Shown: positions 50,324 through 60,162 of the stretch, piece by piece
Position numbering within the stretch: position 1 is the first letter of the stretch
How the letters are laid out: each line of letters begins with the position of its first letter
Assembly (NCBI GenBank): GCA_049604295.1
Contig: JBMYTL010000010.1
Span: 38-64,037 of the forward strand
From: Gammaproteobacteria bacterium
GTDB taxonomy: Bacteria > Pseudomonadota > Gammaproteobacteria > JACKNK01
DNA length: 64,000 nucleotides
Reading direction: 5' to 3'
The notes under the pieces: generated by a model
What the model was told of the DNA's origin: nothing
The model's database searches: none
Seen by the model: the letters and a program-made list of their open reading frames with translations, nothing else
Translations under genes and position numbers: made by a program

Positions 50324-50366
50324 GAATCGTCCTTGATGGGGGGCTGGCTTGCCCGGGGGGTGGGCG

Positions 50367-51239
50367 CTAGCCGGTCAGGACGGCGCCGAGTTTCTGACGA
50401 TAGGCCGCGGCCTCGGTCGGTGCGCTGGGAGCGAGCATGTTGATCAGGGCCACGATCAGTTCCCGAGCGGCGCCCTCGCGGAAGTCGGGTGCCTGTCTCT
50501 GGATATGGAACAGGGCATCCATGGCGGCATCGAAACGATGCTCGGCGACCTCGCACAGGGCCAGGTCGAAGCGCGCGTCGTGGTCGTCCGCGTCCTGCTC
50601 CAGGCGTGCCATCAGCGCCGCGCGGCCCTCGGTGCGGGCGGCCAGGGTCGCGAAAGTGAGTTGGCCCTGCAAGGCCAGGCCCGTCTCGCTCTTGCGGTCC
50701 GCCTCGGGGAGCCGTTTGAACAGGCCTTCGGCATCGTCGAGTCGTCGGGTGTCGATCATGATCTGGACCATGTCCATCGCTACCCGGGTGTTGCCCGGGT
50801 CCTGTTGGATGGCCTGGGTCAGCAACACCACCGCTTCGCCCGTGTCCCCCGCCATGTGTTTGGTCCGTGCCTGCTCACGCAGGGCGTCGGAGGCTCGGAA
50901 CACGCCGAGGTCCTTGAGCAGGGTGCGGCATTCGTCGCTGTTGAGTTCCCCGGTTTCGGTGCGCGCGGGTTCTCCGTCTCGGAATACGATCACGGTGGGG
51001 ACGTTTTCGATGCGGTAGGTCGTGCGCAGCTCCTGCTGCTCGTCGATGTCGACCTTGGCGAAGATGAACTGACCGGGAAATTCACGGGCCAGCGCGACCA
51101 TGCGGTCCTCCAGGGCGATACAGGGGCCGGACCACATACCCATGAATTCGACGATCACCGGTACCTTGTGGGAATTGAGCAGCGCTGCCTCACCGAAATT
51201 GCGGCGGGTGAGTTCAAAGATCAGGGCCTGGTCGCTCAT
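50367..51239 (-). CDS. thioredoxin-domain/TPR co-chaperone (YbbN/CnoX-like)
   Basis: Thioredoxin fold with WSGPC in place of WCGPC. The C-terminal half is TPR-like helical repeats. Confidence 0.8.
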   Translation of the reverse strand: MSDQALIFELTRRNFGEAALLNSHKVPVIVEFMGMWSGPCIALEDRMVALAREFPGQFIFAKVDIDEQQELRTTYRIENVPTVIVFRDGEPARTETGELNSDECRTLLKDLGVFRASDALREQARTKHMAGDTGEAVVLLTQAIQQDPGNTRVAMDMVQIMIDTRRLDDAEGLFKRLPEADRKSETGLALQGQLTFATLAARTEGRAALMARLEQDADDHDARFDLALCEVAEHRFDAAMDALFHIQRQAPDFREGAARELIVALINMLAPSAPTEAAAYRQKLGAVLTG

Positions 51240-51324
51240 GGTTCGCTCCGCTCTTGGGGGGAGGGGATTGAACCGGATACCCGGGGTGGGTGCCAGAATC
51301 CAGGTCAGTTACGTGAACCTTTGC

Positions 51325-52779
51325 TCAGCTACCCGGGGATTCCTTCGCGGCCTTGACGTGTTCGTAGGCATCCAGGGCCCGTTGGCGGGACTTCTTCAGA
51401 TCAACGATGGGACGGGGGTAATCCCTCCCCAGGCGGAGTCCGACGTCTCGCAAGGCGCCGTCGTCGGCCTCCCAGGGCTTATGGATGTGACTGTTGGGCA
51501 GCTTTGCCAGCTCGGGCACCCAGTGGCGCACGTACGCCCCATCGGGGTCGAAGCGTTCGCCCTGGGAGACGGGGTTGAAGATACGGAAGTAAGGGGCGGC
51601 ATCGGCGCCACTGCCCGCGACCCATTGCCAACCCATGGTGTTGTTGGCGAGATCCGCGTCCACCAGGGTATCCATGAACCAATCGGCCCCATGGTGCCAG
51701 TGGAGCAGCTGGTTCTTGGTGAGCAGGGAGGCGACCACCATGCGTACCCGGTTATGCATCCAGCCGGTATGCCAGAGTTCGCGCATACCGGCGTCCACCA
51801 GGGGGATTCCGGTCCGGCCCTGTTGCCAGGCCTCCAGGGTGTCGGTGTCGTGCCGCCAGGGCATGGCCGCGAACGCCGGATTCATGGGCTCGCGGACGGT
51901 GTCGGGGAAATGAAACAGCAGGTGGTGGGCGAATTCCCGCCAGACCAGCTGCCGGTACCAGGCATCGGCTCCCTTACCGGGGACGCGGTCCAGGTGCTGA
52001 GCGATCTCCGCCGGGCCGATCTGGCCGAAGTGCAGCCAGGGCGAGAGGCGCGATACCCCGTCGATGGCCGGGGTGTCCCGGGTGTTGGGATACTTGCCCA
52101 CCGGGCCGTCGAGAAAGTCTTGCAACCGGTCCAGAACCCCTCCACGGGTGGGGGACCAGTGGTCGTAAAAGCCACGATCCCAGGGAATCCGGGGTAGCAG
52201 TTCCAATGCGTCGATGTCGGGCCGGTGGCCGTCGAGCGTTCCCGCACCGATCTGGCCGTGTAGCGGCGGGAGTTTATCGGGAAGTGGCTCGGGCGCCGCG
52301 ATTCGGGGCAGGGTCAGGCAGTGCTTCCAGAATGGTGTGAATACCCGGAAGGGCAGCCCCTGTTTGTTCTGAACGCCCCAGGGCTCGTAAAGCAGTCCGG
52401 CATTGAAGCTGCGTGCATCCAGTCCGCGTTGGCGCAGACGTTTCTTGATCGCGCCATCCCGCTTGATGAGGTCAGGCTCGTAGCTCCGGTTCCAGTACAC
52501 CGCATCGGCGTTCGTGGCATCCGCGAGGGTCTCGAGAGTGACGCCGCTGTCGGCCTCGAAAACGAGCAGCTGCGAGCCCCTGGCGCGCAGTTGCGCGTCC
52601 AGATCGCGCAGCGCGTGGTGCAGCCACCAGCGCGATGCCTCACCGGGTGCCCCGGTTCCCTCGGACTCCGGGTCGTGGATGTAGACCGGAACCAGGCGTT
52701 CGTGCGCACAGGCTTCCAGGAGCGCGGGGTTGGCTTCGATGCGCAGATCACGGCGGAACCAGACGATGGCGGTGTTCAT
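51325..52779 (-). CDS. phrB: deoxyribodipyrimidine photolyase
   Basis: IVWFRRDLR, TGIPLVDAGMRELWHTGWMHNRVRMVVASLL, NNTMGWQWVAGSGADAAPYFRIFNP. Confidence 0.93.
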   Translation of the reverse strand: MNTAIVWFRRDLRIEANPALLEACAHERLVPVYIHDPESEGTGAPGEASRWWLHHALRDLDAQLRARGSQLLVFEADSGVTLETLADATNADAVYWNRSYEPDLIKRDGAIKKRLRQRGLDARSFNAGLLYEPWGVQNKQGLPFRVFTPFWKHCLTLPRIAAPEPLPDKLPPLHGQIGAGTLDGHRPDIDALELLPRIPWDRGFYDHWSPTRGGVLDRLQDFLDGPVGKYPNTRDTPAIDGVSRLSPWLHFGQIGPAEIAQHLDRVPGKGADAWYRQLVWREFAHHLLFHFPDTVREPMNPAFAAMPWRHDTDTLEAWQQGRTGIPLVDAGMRELWHTGWMHNRVRMVVASLLTKNQLLHWHHGADWFMDTLVDADLANNTMGWQWVAGSGADAAPYFRIFNPVSQGERFDPDGAYVRHWVPELAKLPNSHIHKPWEADDGALRDVGLRLGRDYPRPIVDLKKSRQRALDAYEHVKAAKESPGS

Positions 52780-52813
52780 GGGGTCTTGAGATGAGGGGCC
52801 CGGGGCCTTGTGT

Positions 52814-53428
52814 TCAGGTCGGCGGGACCGTTGCTGTCATGGACGGACGCTGGCTGAAGTGCTGGTGCCATTCGCCCAGGCGCGGGCGTCCGTCACGCCA
52901 TTCACCGATCGCACCGCGCAGATCTAGGTAGGCGAGGGCGACGGCGCTGGCGATGGTGCCGAGGTCGATCTTCTCCGGGTCGAAGGCACCGGAACTGATA
53001 TCCGTTTCCATCTGGTCCAGCGCCCGTCGAATGGCCGCGCGCTTGAGATCCAACCACCAGTCCCATTGCTTGTCGGACGGCCGTTTCACCGTCTCCAGGA
53101 AGATCAGAATCGCGCAGTCCAGGACGCCGTCGGCCAAAGCCTGCTGGCGCAGTACGCTCCAGCGGGCCGTGCCGCCAGCGGGGATCATCGGGTGCCCCCC
53201 GTGGAGGCTGTCCAGGTATTCGCAGATCACCGGGCTGTCGTAGAGGGTTCCGCAATCTTCGGTCACCAGCGTGGGGACCATGGACAGGGGGTTCTCCGCC
53301 GTCAGGGCATCGGGTTCACTCCAGCCATCGATGGTCTCGCAGTCGATGCGTCCGGCGATGCCCACCTCGTGGGCGAGAACCATGCATTTGCGGACGTAGG
53401 GCGAGGTGTGGGAGTGGCGCAGCAACAT
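52814..53428 (-). CDS. glutathione S-transferase family protein
   Basis: ATG 53428 (MLLRHSHTSPYVRK). VPTLV, LYDSPVICEYLD. C-terminal helical domain. Confidence 0.8.
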   Translation of the reverse strand: MLLRHSHTSPYVRKCMVLAHEVGIAGRIDCETIDGWSEPDALTAENPLSMVPTLVTEDCGTLYDSPVICEYLDSLHGGHPMIPAGGTARWSVLRQQALADGVLDCAILIFLETVKRPSDKQWDWWLDLKRAAIRRALDQMETDISSGAFDPEKIDLGTIASAVALAYLDLRGAIGEWRDGRPRLGEWHQHFSQRPSMTATVPPT

Positions 53429-53652
53429 GGCTCTTATTCTCCGGGTTCGATCCAGACGCGGCGTGGACCGTGTACAGGGCTTGTACTGGACGGCCGTGAA
53501 GCCGGGACCAGGTTCGTTGTGTGTGCGGTGGGTCCGGTTGGAATGGAACTCGTTCTGATGCTCCATCTATTTCGGCGCACCACACCCGCTTGAAGTCGGT
53601 ACGTTCGCGTGGGGGTGTCCCCGCGGTGGGGGCGACACCAGGCGTCGCGGGA

Positions 53653-54255
53653 TCAAAACCCGGCTGCCTGACGCACCGCCGCGAGGCCCATGGCGCGCAG
53701 GTGTTCGATATTGCGCCGGGGAATGTCCTCGGGATCGCGGCCTGACGCACGCCAGCCATCCACCGCGCGTTCGAGCAGGGATTCGCGCAATAGATGAAGC
53801 ATGGGGTAGGGCGAACGGTTGGTGTAATCGGCGGGGTCGTCAGGCAGGGAGTCGGCAAAGCGGTAGTGGGGGTGGAAGCCGACGATCTGCACGCTGCCAC
53901 TGAGCCCGGTTTCATCGATCACGCCGTCGCAGACCCCGAGGAAGTCGTTGAACGCGTCGAAATCCGCGAACGCCCCGGGATAGATGAGGAACGCGGTGGT
54001 CTCCCGCTCCTCGCCACTGTCGAGAAAGCGTTCCAGGGTCCGCAGCAGGTCCTGGAATGCCTGCTCCTCGTTATCGGCCTCGCTGGGGTAGAGGCCCGTG
54101 TGGCCTGCCTCCCAATCGCGGCGCGCGAAGGGGCAGATCTCGTGAGCGATGATGAAGCCCGCGATCCACGCCCGGGTGCGGGCCAGTGAATGGGCCACCG
54201 TGTTGGCGATGGGCTCCTGTTCCGATGCGTCGTGTTCAGTCGATGATTTCGACAT
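53653..54255 (-). CDS. DUF1415 family protein
   Basis: 200 aa. WIAGFIIAHEICPFA, VGFHPHYRF, NRSPYPMLHLLRE, as I recall for DUF1415. Overlaps the upstream MOSC gene by 20 nt. Confidence 0.6.
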   Translation of the reverse strand: MSKSSTEHDASEQEPIANTVAHSLARTRAWIAGFIIAHEICPFARRDWEAGHTGLYPSEADNEEQAFQDLLRTLERFLDSGEERETTAFLIYPGAFADFDAFNDFLGVCDGVIDETGLSGSVQIVGFHPHYRFADSLPDDPADYTNRSPYPMLHLLRESLLERAVDGWRASGRDPEDIPRRNIEHLRAMGLAAVRQAAGF

Positions 54256-55036
54256 CCATGCCTACCTCGAGTCGTCCGGGGCTGTTGTGCAACACATTCT
54301 GACCCATGTACACCTCGCCGTTTTCACGCCGGTAAGTGGACAGTGTCTTCAGCGGTTCCCTGCCCTTGGCCCCTGATACCGGATCGAGCGTGGTGATGGC
54401 GCAGCGCGAGCAGGGTTTGACCACGCGGAAGTCCATCCCACCGATACGGATGGTGTGCCAGGCGTCTTCCGCGTAAGGCGCGCAGCCGCGGATGACCAGA
54501 TTGGGCCGGAATCGCAGGATCAGGGTGTCCAGGCTCCAATCGTCGTCGGGCATGCGTTCGTTCAGATCCAGCAGCGAGGCCTCGCTGACCAGCAGCAGCG
54601 GGAACGCGTCCGCGAAACCGGTGTGGTCGTCAGCTCGGGCGAAGTCCGGGTCCACGCTTCGACGCACGTCCGACGGGAATCGGACCAGACGGCACGGCTG
54701 GCCGATGGCCTGCTCCAGCCAGTGGGCGCAGTCATCACCGAGGTCCTCGGCCTCCAGGGTGTCCCGCCAGACCGTGACCGGGACGCGATGCGCGGCGCTG
54801 TCGGGTACGGGCAGGTCCGCCTGGCCGTCGCGCGTCAGGGTCAGGCGACCGGCGTCGAGACGGGTGCCTACGTGCCCCATCACGGCGACCTGCCGTTGGG
54901 TCAGGAAGTGGCCGTCCGGGCGAACCACCATCCAATGCCGATCGTGAGCGAGGCCGCGTGCGCCCACGTCCCAGGCCCGTGGTTGATGGCCGGCCAGCGA
55001 TTTCACCGGAAACACCTGCAAGCGCGAGAGCATCAT
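54236..55036 (-). CDS. MOSC domain protein (YcbX-like, MOSC_N + MOSC, no ferredoxin domain)
   Basis: ATG 55036 (MMLSRLQVFPVKSLAG). DRHWMVV, RFRPNLVI, KPCSRCAITT (conserved Cys). Confidence 0.8.
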   Translation of the reverse strand: MMLSRLQVFPVKSLAGHQPRAWDVGARGLAHDRHWMVVRPDGHFLTQRQVAVMGHVGTRLDAGRLTLTRDGQADLPVPDSAAHRVPVTVWRDTLEAEDLGDDCAHWLEQAIGQPCRLVRFPSDVRRSVDPDFARADDHTGFADAFPLLLVSEASLLDLNERMPDDDWSLDTLILRFRPNLVIRGCAPYAEDAWHTIRIGGMDFRVVKPCSRCAITTLDPVSGAKGREPLKTLSTYRRENGEVYMGQNVLHNSPGRLEVGMDVEIID

Positions 55037-55049
55037 GGCCTGCTCATCC

Positions 55050-56288
55050 TCAGTTGCCGTCGCCGACGGGGCGCAGGCGATAGAGGCCATCGGCACCGCT
55101 GTCGCTGGTGAAGTACAGGTTGCCATCCCGGCCGATGGCGACGCCCACCGGGCGCGCCCAGCGGCTGCCATCCTCGAACTGGAAGCCGGTAAGCAGGTCG
55201 TCGACCCGGCGGGCCTCGCCATCCTCGAAACGCACCAGGACCAGCTTGGGATGGCGGCGCGTGGACGGGTGTCCGCGGCCGCTGCCGTCCGGTGGCGTAC
55301 CCCAGGAGCCGCGCAGGGCAACCACCGCATCGCCTTCCAAGCGGGGGCTCATGGTTCCCGGTGGAATGAAGGCAACCCCCATGGGGGCGTTGCGGGCCGG
55401 GAAGGTTGCCGCCGGAACCACGACATCAGCGGCGGGACGGGGTGGTTCCTTGCCCATGCAACGGTCAGGTTGAATGCGTCCCTCCATGTACTGGAACCAG
55501 GGCATGCCGTGGAAACTTCCCTCGGCCAGTTTGGCGAATACCTCGCGCGGTTCTTCGTAGCCCAGGTGGTCGGGCCCGTTGTTGCTGGCGTAGGCAACTC
55601 CGGTGCGTGGATGCCAGTCGAATCCGACGGGGTTGCGTAGGCCGTTGGCATAGGCGCGCCAGCGCGGTGGCTGCCGACTTTCGTCCAGCACCATCACCCC
55701 GCCACGGCGCTTGTCCCAGGCGTAGCTGTCATCGATGTACTCGTTGGAGCAGTTGCCCGAAATGCCAAGGCTCAGGTAGATCCGTTTGTCGGGGCCGATG
55801 CGCACGGTGCGGCTGTTGTGGCCGCGGCCGCCGGGTATGGCGATGAGTGGTGTCAGATCATCGGGGTCGATGCGCGATTGGCCGGGGGTGTAGGGGACGG
55901 CGAACAGCGTGTCAGTGGTCGCGATGTACAGGGTGTTTTCGCGCAGGGCGACGCTGTGCGGGTACCCCTTCAGGCGCAGCAGCACCTGCGCTTCGCTGTA
56001 GGGTGGTGCCACGCGATAGACGACATTCGAGCGTGAGCCGATCAACAGGTCGCCGTTCTCCAATGGAGTGATCAGACGCGGTTGGCGCATGCGCGCCAGG
56101 GCGTCCAGTTTGTAGCCGGATGGATGCCTCAACTCGATACTGTTGTCACCATAACGAATGGTGGTGCTGGCGTAGTCCAGGCCCCGGGGTTCCGCCACGG
56201 AGTCGGAGATGGACAGTGCGGATAGCAGGGTGGCGGCGCAAACGGCCTTGGAAGCGTTGGCCAAGAGGGCGGCGAGGCGGGCCTTCAT
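55050..56288 (-). CDS. PQQ-dependent sugar (glucose/sorbosone) dehydrogenase family protein, secreted
   Basis: ATG 56288 (MKARLAALLANASKAVCAATLLSAL signal). GLRNPVGFDWHPRTG...NGPD. Beta-propeller-like repeats. ATGA overlap with the upstream glycosyltransferase stop. Confidence 0.75.
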   Translation of the reverse strand: MKARLAALLANASKAVCAATLLSALSISDSVAEPRGLDYASTTIRYGDNSIELRHPSGYKLDALARMRQPRLITPLENGDLLIGSRSNVVYRVAPPYSEAQVLLRLKGYPHSVALRENTLYIATTDTLFAVPYTPGQSRIDPDDLTPLIAIPGGRGHNSRTVRIGPDKRIYLSLGISGNCSNEYIDDSYAWDKRRGGVMVLDESRQPPRWRAYANGLRNPVGFDWHPRTGVAYASNNGPDHLGYEEPREVFAKLAEGSFHGMPWFQYMEGRIQPDRCMGKEPPRPAADVVVPAATFPARNAPMGVAFIPPGTMSPRLEGDAVVALRGSWGTPPDGSGRGHPSTRRHPKLVLVRFEDGEARRVDDLLTGFQFEDGSRWARPVGVAIGRDGNLYFTSDSGADGLYRLRPVGDGN

Positions 56289-57541
56289 GATCGGTTCCCC
56301 ATTCGGCGGTGTCGGTCGATACATTCATCCATGAGCGTCTCGAAACGGCCCATGGCGGCATCCCAACTGTGGTGCGCCCGGATGCGCTCGCGTCCCGAGC
56401 GGGCCAGGGCGGCGCGCCGTGACGGATCGTTCAACAGGTCGAGAATGGCATCGCTCCATTGGTGGGGGGAATCGGCCACCAGCAGGTGTTCGCCCGGCAC
56501 GGCGTCAACACCGCGTCCCGCCAACGGGCTGGCGACCACCGGCAGGCCCATGGCCATGGCCTCCAGAACCTTGTTCTGGGTACCGCGGGCGATACTCAGT
56601 GGGGCGACGCTGATGCAGGATCTGGCGACCCAGGGTTGTACCTCGTCCACGGTACCGGTGACGGTGACGCCGGGAAGTTCGCCCAGCCGACGCACCTCGG
56701 CCGTGGGTTCCGCGCCGATGATCAACAGTTGTGTCCGTGGGCGTTGTTCCTGGATCAGGGGCAGAACGTCCCGACAGAAGGCCACCATGCCGTCGGCGTT
56801 GGGGTAGTAATCCATGCGCCCGGTAAAGGACAGGGTGTCCGGGTCGGGTTCGGTCCCCGTTGGCTTGAAGGCGTCCAGGTCCACCCCATTGGGAAACCAG
56901 CCGGTACCGGCGTCGGGCGCGAAGCGGTCCAGCAGGTCCAGCTCGCCGGGGGTAATGACGGTGTTCATGTCGAAGGTGCGCGCCAGGCGGGCCTCGGCCC
57001 GCCTCAGCTTGGTGCCTTCGAGCCAGTACCCCATGGACTTGGGCCAGGCATGGAAACCGGCGTAATCCAGCCACTTCTGTGAATCGATATCGACGAAATC
57101 GAGCAGGCGGGGGATGGAGCGGTCATCGCCGAGAAAGTGGGCGACGGACGAGCAGTGGACCATGGCGAAGTCCGCATGCCCGTCGCGGACGAACTGTCTG
57201 ACCCGTTGCGACAGGGCCGGGGAGTCGAAGTAGCCCATGCTCGACGGGATGGGCGTGGGAAGGCGGCTGACCATGCGCAGTTTCTGGACCCATTCGCTGA
57301 CCGGTTCGCTGATGACACCGGAGCAGAAGTCTTCCAGGGCTTGGGCGCCCTCACGTTCCTCCGCGTCGCGTACCGGCGCGGCGACAGTCACCTCGTGCCC
57401 CTGCTCCTGCAGCCAGCGTACGGAGTGAAAGGCACGGATCTTGGCCCCGCCCTTGGGGGGATAGGGCTGGCGGTGGGTGACGAAGAGGATGCGCAAGGGG
57501 GCGGAGCGGCGAGGTGCGGTCAGATTGAGCGGAGTGGGCAT
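56285..57541 (-). CDS. GT4 glycosyltransferase, PEP-CTERM/EpsH1-system-associated type (TIGR03087-like)
   Basis: LRILFVTHRQPYPPKGGAKIRAFH, DFVDIDSQKW, FTGRMDYYPNADG, IARGTQNKVLEAMAMGLPVVAS. The subfamily is assigned from memory of the model consensus. Confidence 0.7.
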   Translation of the reverse strand: MPTPLNLTAPRRSAPLRILFVTHRQPYPPKGGAKIRAFHSVRWLQEQGHEVTVAAPVRDAEEREGAQALEDFCSGVISEPVSEWVQKLRMVSRLPTPIPSSMGYFDSPALSQRVRQFVRDGHADFAMVHCSSVAHFLGDDRSIPRLLDFVDIDSQKWLDYAGFHAWPKSMGYWLEGTKLRRAEARLARTFDMNTVITPGELDLLDRFAPDAGTGWFPNGVDLDAFKPTGTEPDPDTLSFTGRMDYYPNADGMVAFCRDVLPLIQEQRPRTQLLIIGAEPTAEVRRLGELPGVTVTGTVDEVQPWVARSCISVAPLSIARGTQNKVLEAMAMGLPVVASPLAGRGVDAVPGEHLLVADSPHQWSDAILDLLNDPSRRAALARSGRERIRAHHSWDAAMGRFETLMDECIDRHRRMGNRS

Positions 57542-57724
57542 TCTAAGCGAGGGGCCCTGGACCTGATACCGCTGGGTGGTCGCGGAGCAGCTGGGCTTTG
57601 CGCACACATCAAGATGCCCCGTTCGATGCCGGTTTCGCCGACATGGGCGAATGCCCCCGTTTTTCCCGATGATCGCTTGGGTAGAATCAGGGTTCAGACC
57701 CCGACTTCGTGAGCCTTATCCCCC

Positions 57725-58969
57725 ATGCGCATCCTTCATGTGCTGGACCACTCCGTACCGCTGCACAGTGGGTACACCTTCCGCACTCTGGCCATCCTGC
57801 GCGAGCAAAGGGCACGGGGGTGGCATACCGACCACGTCACCAGCAGCAAGCAGACCGGGGCGACACAGCCGGTGGAAGAGGCCGAGGGGCTGACATTTCA
57901 CCGCACGTTTCCTTCCAGCGGCCTGTTGTCGAGCCTGCCCGTGGTCAACCAGTGGGCCGTGATCCGAGATCTGGAACGGCGCCTGGACGAGATCATCCCG
58001 CAACTCAAACCCGATGTGCTGCACGCCCATTCACCGGCCCTCAATGGCGTGGCGGCGGTGCGTGCCGGGCGTCGCCATGGCATACCCGTCGTCTACGAGG
58101 TGCGGGCGTTCTGGGAGGATGCCGCGGTGGATCATGGCACCACCACCGAGGGCAGCCTGCGTTACAGACTGACCCGCGGTATCGAGACCTGGGTGCTCAA
58201 GAACGCCCAGGCCGTCACCACCATCGCGGAGGGCCTGCGCGGGGACATGCTGGCCCGGGGCATACCGGCGGCCAAGGTCACCCAGATTCCCAATGCCGTG
58301 GATCTGGAACGTTTCGATGGCAGCACGACCCGAGATGAAGAGCTGCGCGGGGAACTGGGGCTGGAAGGCTGTGCCGTGGTGGGCTTCATCGGATCGTTTT
58401 ACGGCTACGAGGGCCTGGGCCTGCTCGTGGATGCGTTGCCCGCCATGCTCGAGAAGCGCCCCGATGTACGTCTCTTGCTGGTGGGTGGTGGCTTCCAGGA
58501 AGCGAATCTCAAGGCGCAGGTTGCGCGCATGGGCCTGGCGGACAAGGTCATCTTCACGGGGCGGGTGCCCCATGAACAGGTGCAGCGCTACTACGGCCAG
58601 GTGGATGTACTGGTCTACCCGCGCCTTTCCAAGCGCATCACCGAGCTGGTCACGCCGCTGAAACCCCTCGAGGCCATGGGCGAGGGCCGACTCATGGTGG
58701 CCTCCGATGTGGGCGGGCATAAGGAGCTGATCCAGGATGGGGAGAACGGCGTCCTGTTCCGTGCCGGCGATGCCCGGGCCCTGGCCGACGCGGTCACCGG
58801 CCTGTTGAATGCCCCGGACCGATGGGAGGCCATCCGGGCCGCCGGGCGTCGTTTCGTGGAGACCGAACGCAACTGGGAAGCCGTGGTCGCGCGCTACGAG
58901 GATGTATATGCCGCGGCCCTCGGCACGGCCCCGGAAATGGTGCGGCGACCGGCCAAGGAATCGGCATAG
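57725..58969 (+). CDS. GT4 glycosyltransferase, exosortase A-associated type (TIGR04063-like)
   Basis: MRILHVLDHSVPLHSGYTFRTLAILREQRARGW, VYEVRAFWEDAAVDHGT, GFIGSFYGYEGL, LVTPLKPLEAMGEG. Confidence 0.7.
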   Translation: MRILHVLDHSVPLHSGYTFRTLAILREQRARGWHTDHVTSSKQTGATQPVEEAEGLTFHRTFPSSGLLSSLPVVNQWAVIRDLERRLDEIIPQLKPDVLHAHSPALNGVAAVRAGRRHGIPVVYEVRAFWEDAAVDHGTTTEGSLRYRLTRGIETWVLKNAQAVTTIAEGLRGDMLARGIPAAKVTQIPNAVDLERFDGSTTRDEELRGELGLEGCAVVGFIGSFYGYEGLGLLVDALPAMLEKRPDVRLLLVGGGFQEANLKAQVARMGLADKVIFTGRVPHEQVQRYYGQVDVLVYPRLSKRITELVTPLKPLEAMGEGRLMVASDVGGHKELIQDGENGVLFRAGDARALADAVTGLLNAPDRWEAIRAAGRRFVETERNWEAVVARYEDVYAAALGTAPEMVRRPAKESA

Positions 58970-58981
58970 GAGGCGACGGTG

Positions 58982-60160
58982 ATGTCAGAGGGTTTCCTGC
59001 CACGGGATCGTCTGGACACGCTGATCAGCGCGCTCCGCGCACGCGGCATGGATGTGCTGGGTCCCCGGCTGGAGGACGGTATCATCCGCATGGCTTCCGT
59101 CGATTCGGCTGCCGATTTCCCCCGTGGCCGACTCACGGACCACGGCCCGGGGCGCTATCGACTGGTGGAGGGCGACGCCCCTGACGGTGACCGGCTGTTC
59201 GATTGGGCGGCGGCTCCGGCGGCCCTGAAACCCTTGCTGTTCGCGCCTACCGAGGTGTTGATACGCACCCGCCGGGACAAGGCGGGTCACCTCCACTTCG
59301 AGACCGTCCCGGCCGAGGTGCGGCCCACGGCGGTGATCGGCGCGCGGGCCTGTGATCTGGCCGCTCTGGCGCTCAACGATGCCCATTTCATGGGCGGGGG
59401 CCGGGTAGCGGATGCCCATTACGCGGCCCGGCGGCGGGCACTGTTCGTGGTGGCCGTGGATTGTCACCGATCGGCTCGGACCTGTTTCTGCGCCTCCACG
59501 GGCGATGGGCCGGCTGTGGACGGTGGTGCGGACCTCGCGCTTGCCGAGTTGGCCGATGGCTTCCTGGTACGGGCCTCGAGCGATGCGGGGCGTGCGCTGC
59601 TGTCGGACCTCGATACGGCTCCCGCGACGCCCGCCCAGCATGCCGCCGCCCGTTCCGCGGTGCAGGCCGCGGCGGACGCGCAACAGCGGTATCTGCCCGG
59701 TGAGGGCCTGGCCGAGCGGCTTTGGGGGGCACTGGACCACCCGCGGTGGGATGACGTGGCCCGGCGCTGTCTGTCCTGTGGCAATTGCACCGCCCTGTGT
59801 CCGACCTGCTTCTGCCACGACGTGGACGAACGCCCCGCCCTGGATGGCCGGATCAGTGAGACGGAACGGCACTGGGATTCCTGCTTCACGGCCACCCACG
59901 GTCACATGGCGGGCTGGCGCGTGCGCCCGGATGTGCGCAGCCGCTACCGCCAATGGGTGACCCACAAGCTGGCCGGTTGGGTGGATCAATACGGTCGCGG
60001 GGGCTGTACGGGCTGCGGGCGTTGCATCAACGGGTGTCCGGCGGCCATCGATCTGGTGGCGGAGGTCCATGCCATCGTCGACGGGCCCGGGCCGGGCGAG
60101 GGTGGGCCGGGCGAGGGTGGGCCGGGCGAGGGTGGGCCGGGCGACGGAGGGGAGGGGTGA
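58982..60160 (+). CDS. [NiFe]-hydrogenase group 3b-type beta subunit (4Fe-4S cluster protein, HyhB-like)
   Basis: ATG 58982 preceded by aggagg. Cys clusters CLSCGNCTALCPTCFC and GCTGCGRCINGCP. C-terminal Gly/Pro/Glu repeat. Confidence 0.7.
   Translation: MSEGFLPRDRLDTLISALRARGMDVLGPRLEDGIIRMASVDSAADFPRGRLTDHGPGRYRLVEGDAPDGDRLFDWAAAPAALKPLLFAPTEVLIRTRRDKAGHLHFETVPAEVRPTAVIGARACDLAALALNDAHFMGGGRVADAHYAARRRALFVVAVDCHRSARTCFCASTGDGPAVDGGADLALAELADGFLVRASSDAGRALLSDLDTAPATPAQHAAARSAVQAAADAQQRYLPGEGLAERLWGALDHPRWDDVARRCLSCGNCTALCPTCFCHDVDERPALDGRISETERHWDSCFTATHGHMAGWRVRPDVRSRYRQWVTHKLAGWVDQYGRGGCTGCGRCINGCPAAIDLVAEVHAIVDGPGPGEGGPGEGGPGEGGPGDGGEG
60089..60144 (+). repeat. 15-bp in-frame tandem repeat gggccgggcgagggt x3 plus a partial fourth copy
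   Basis: Encodes (GPGEG)n at the extreme C-terminus of the beta subunit. Read directly from the sequence. Confidence 0.95.
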
Positions 60161-60162
60161 TC

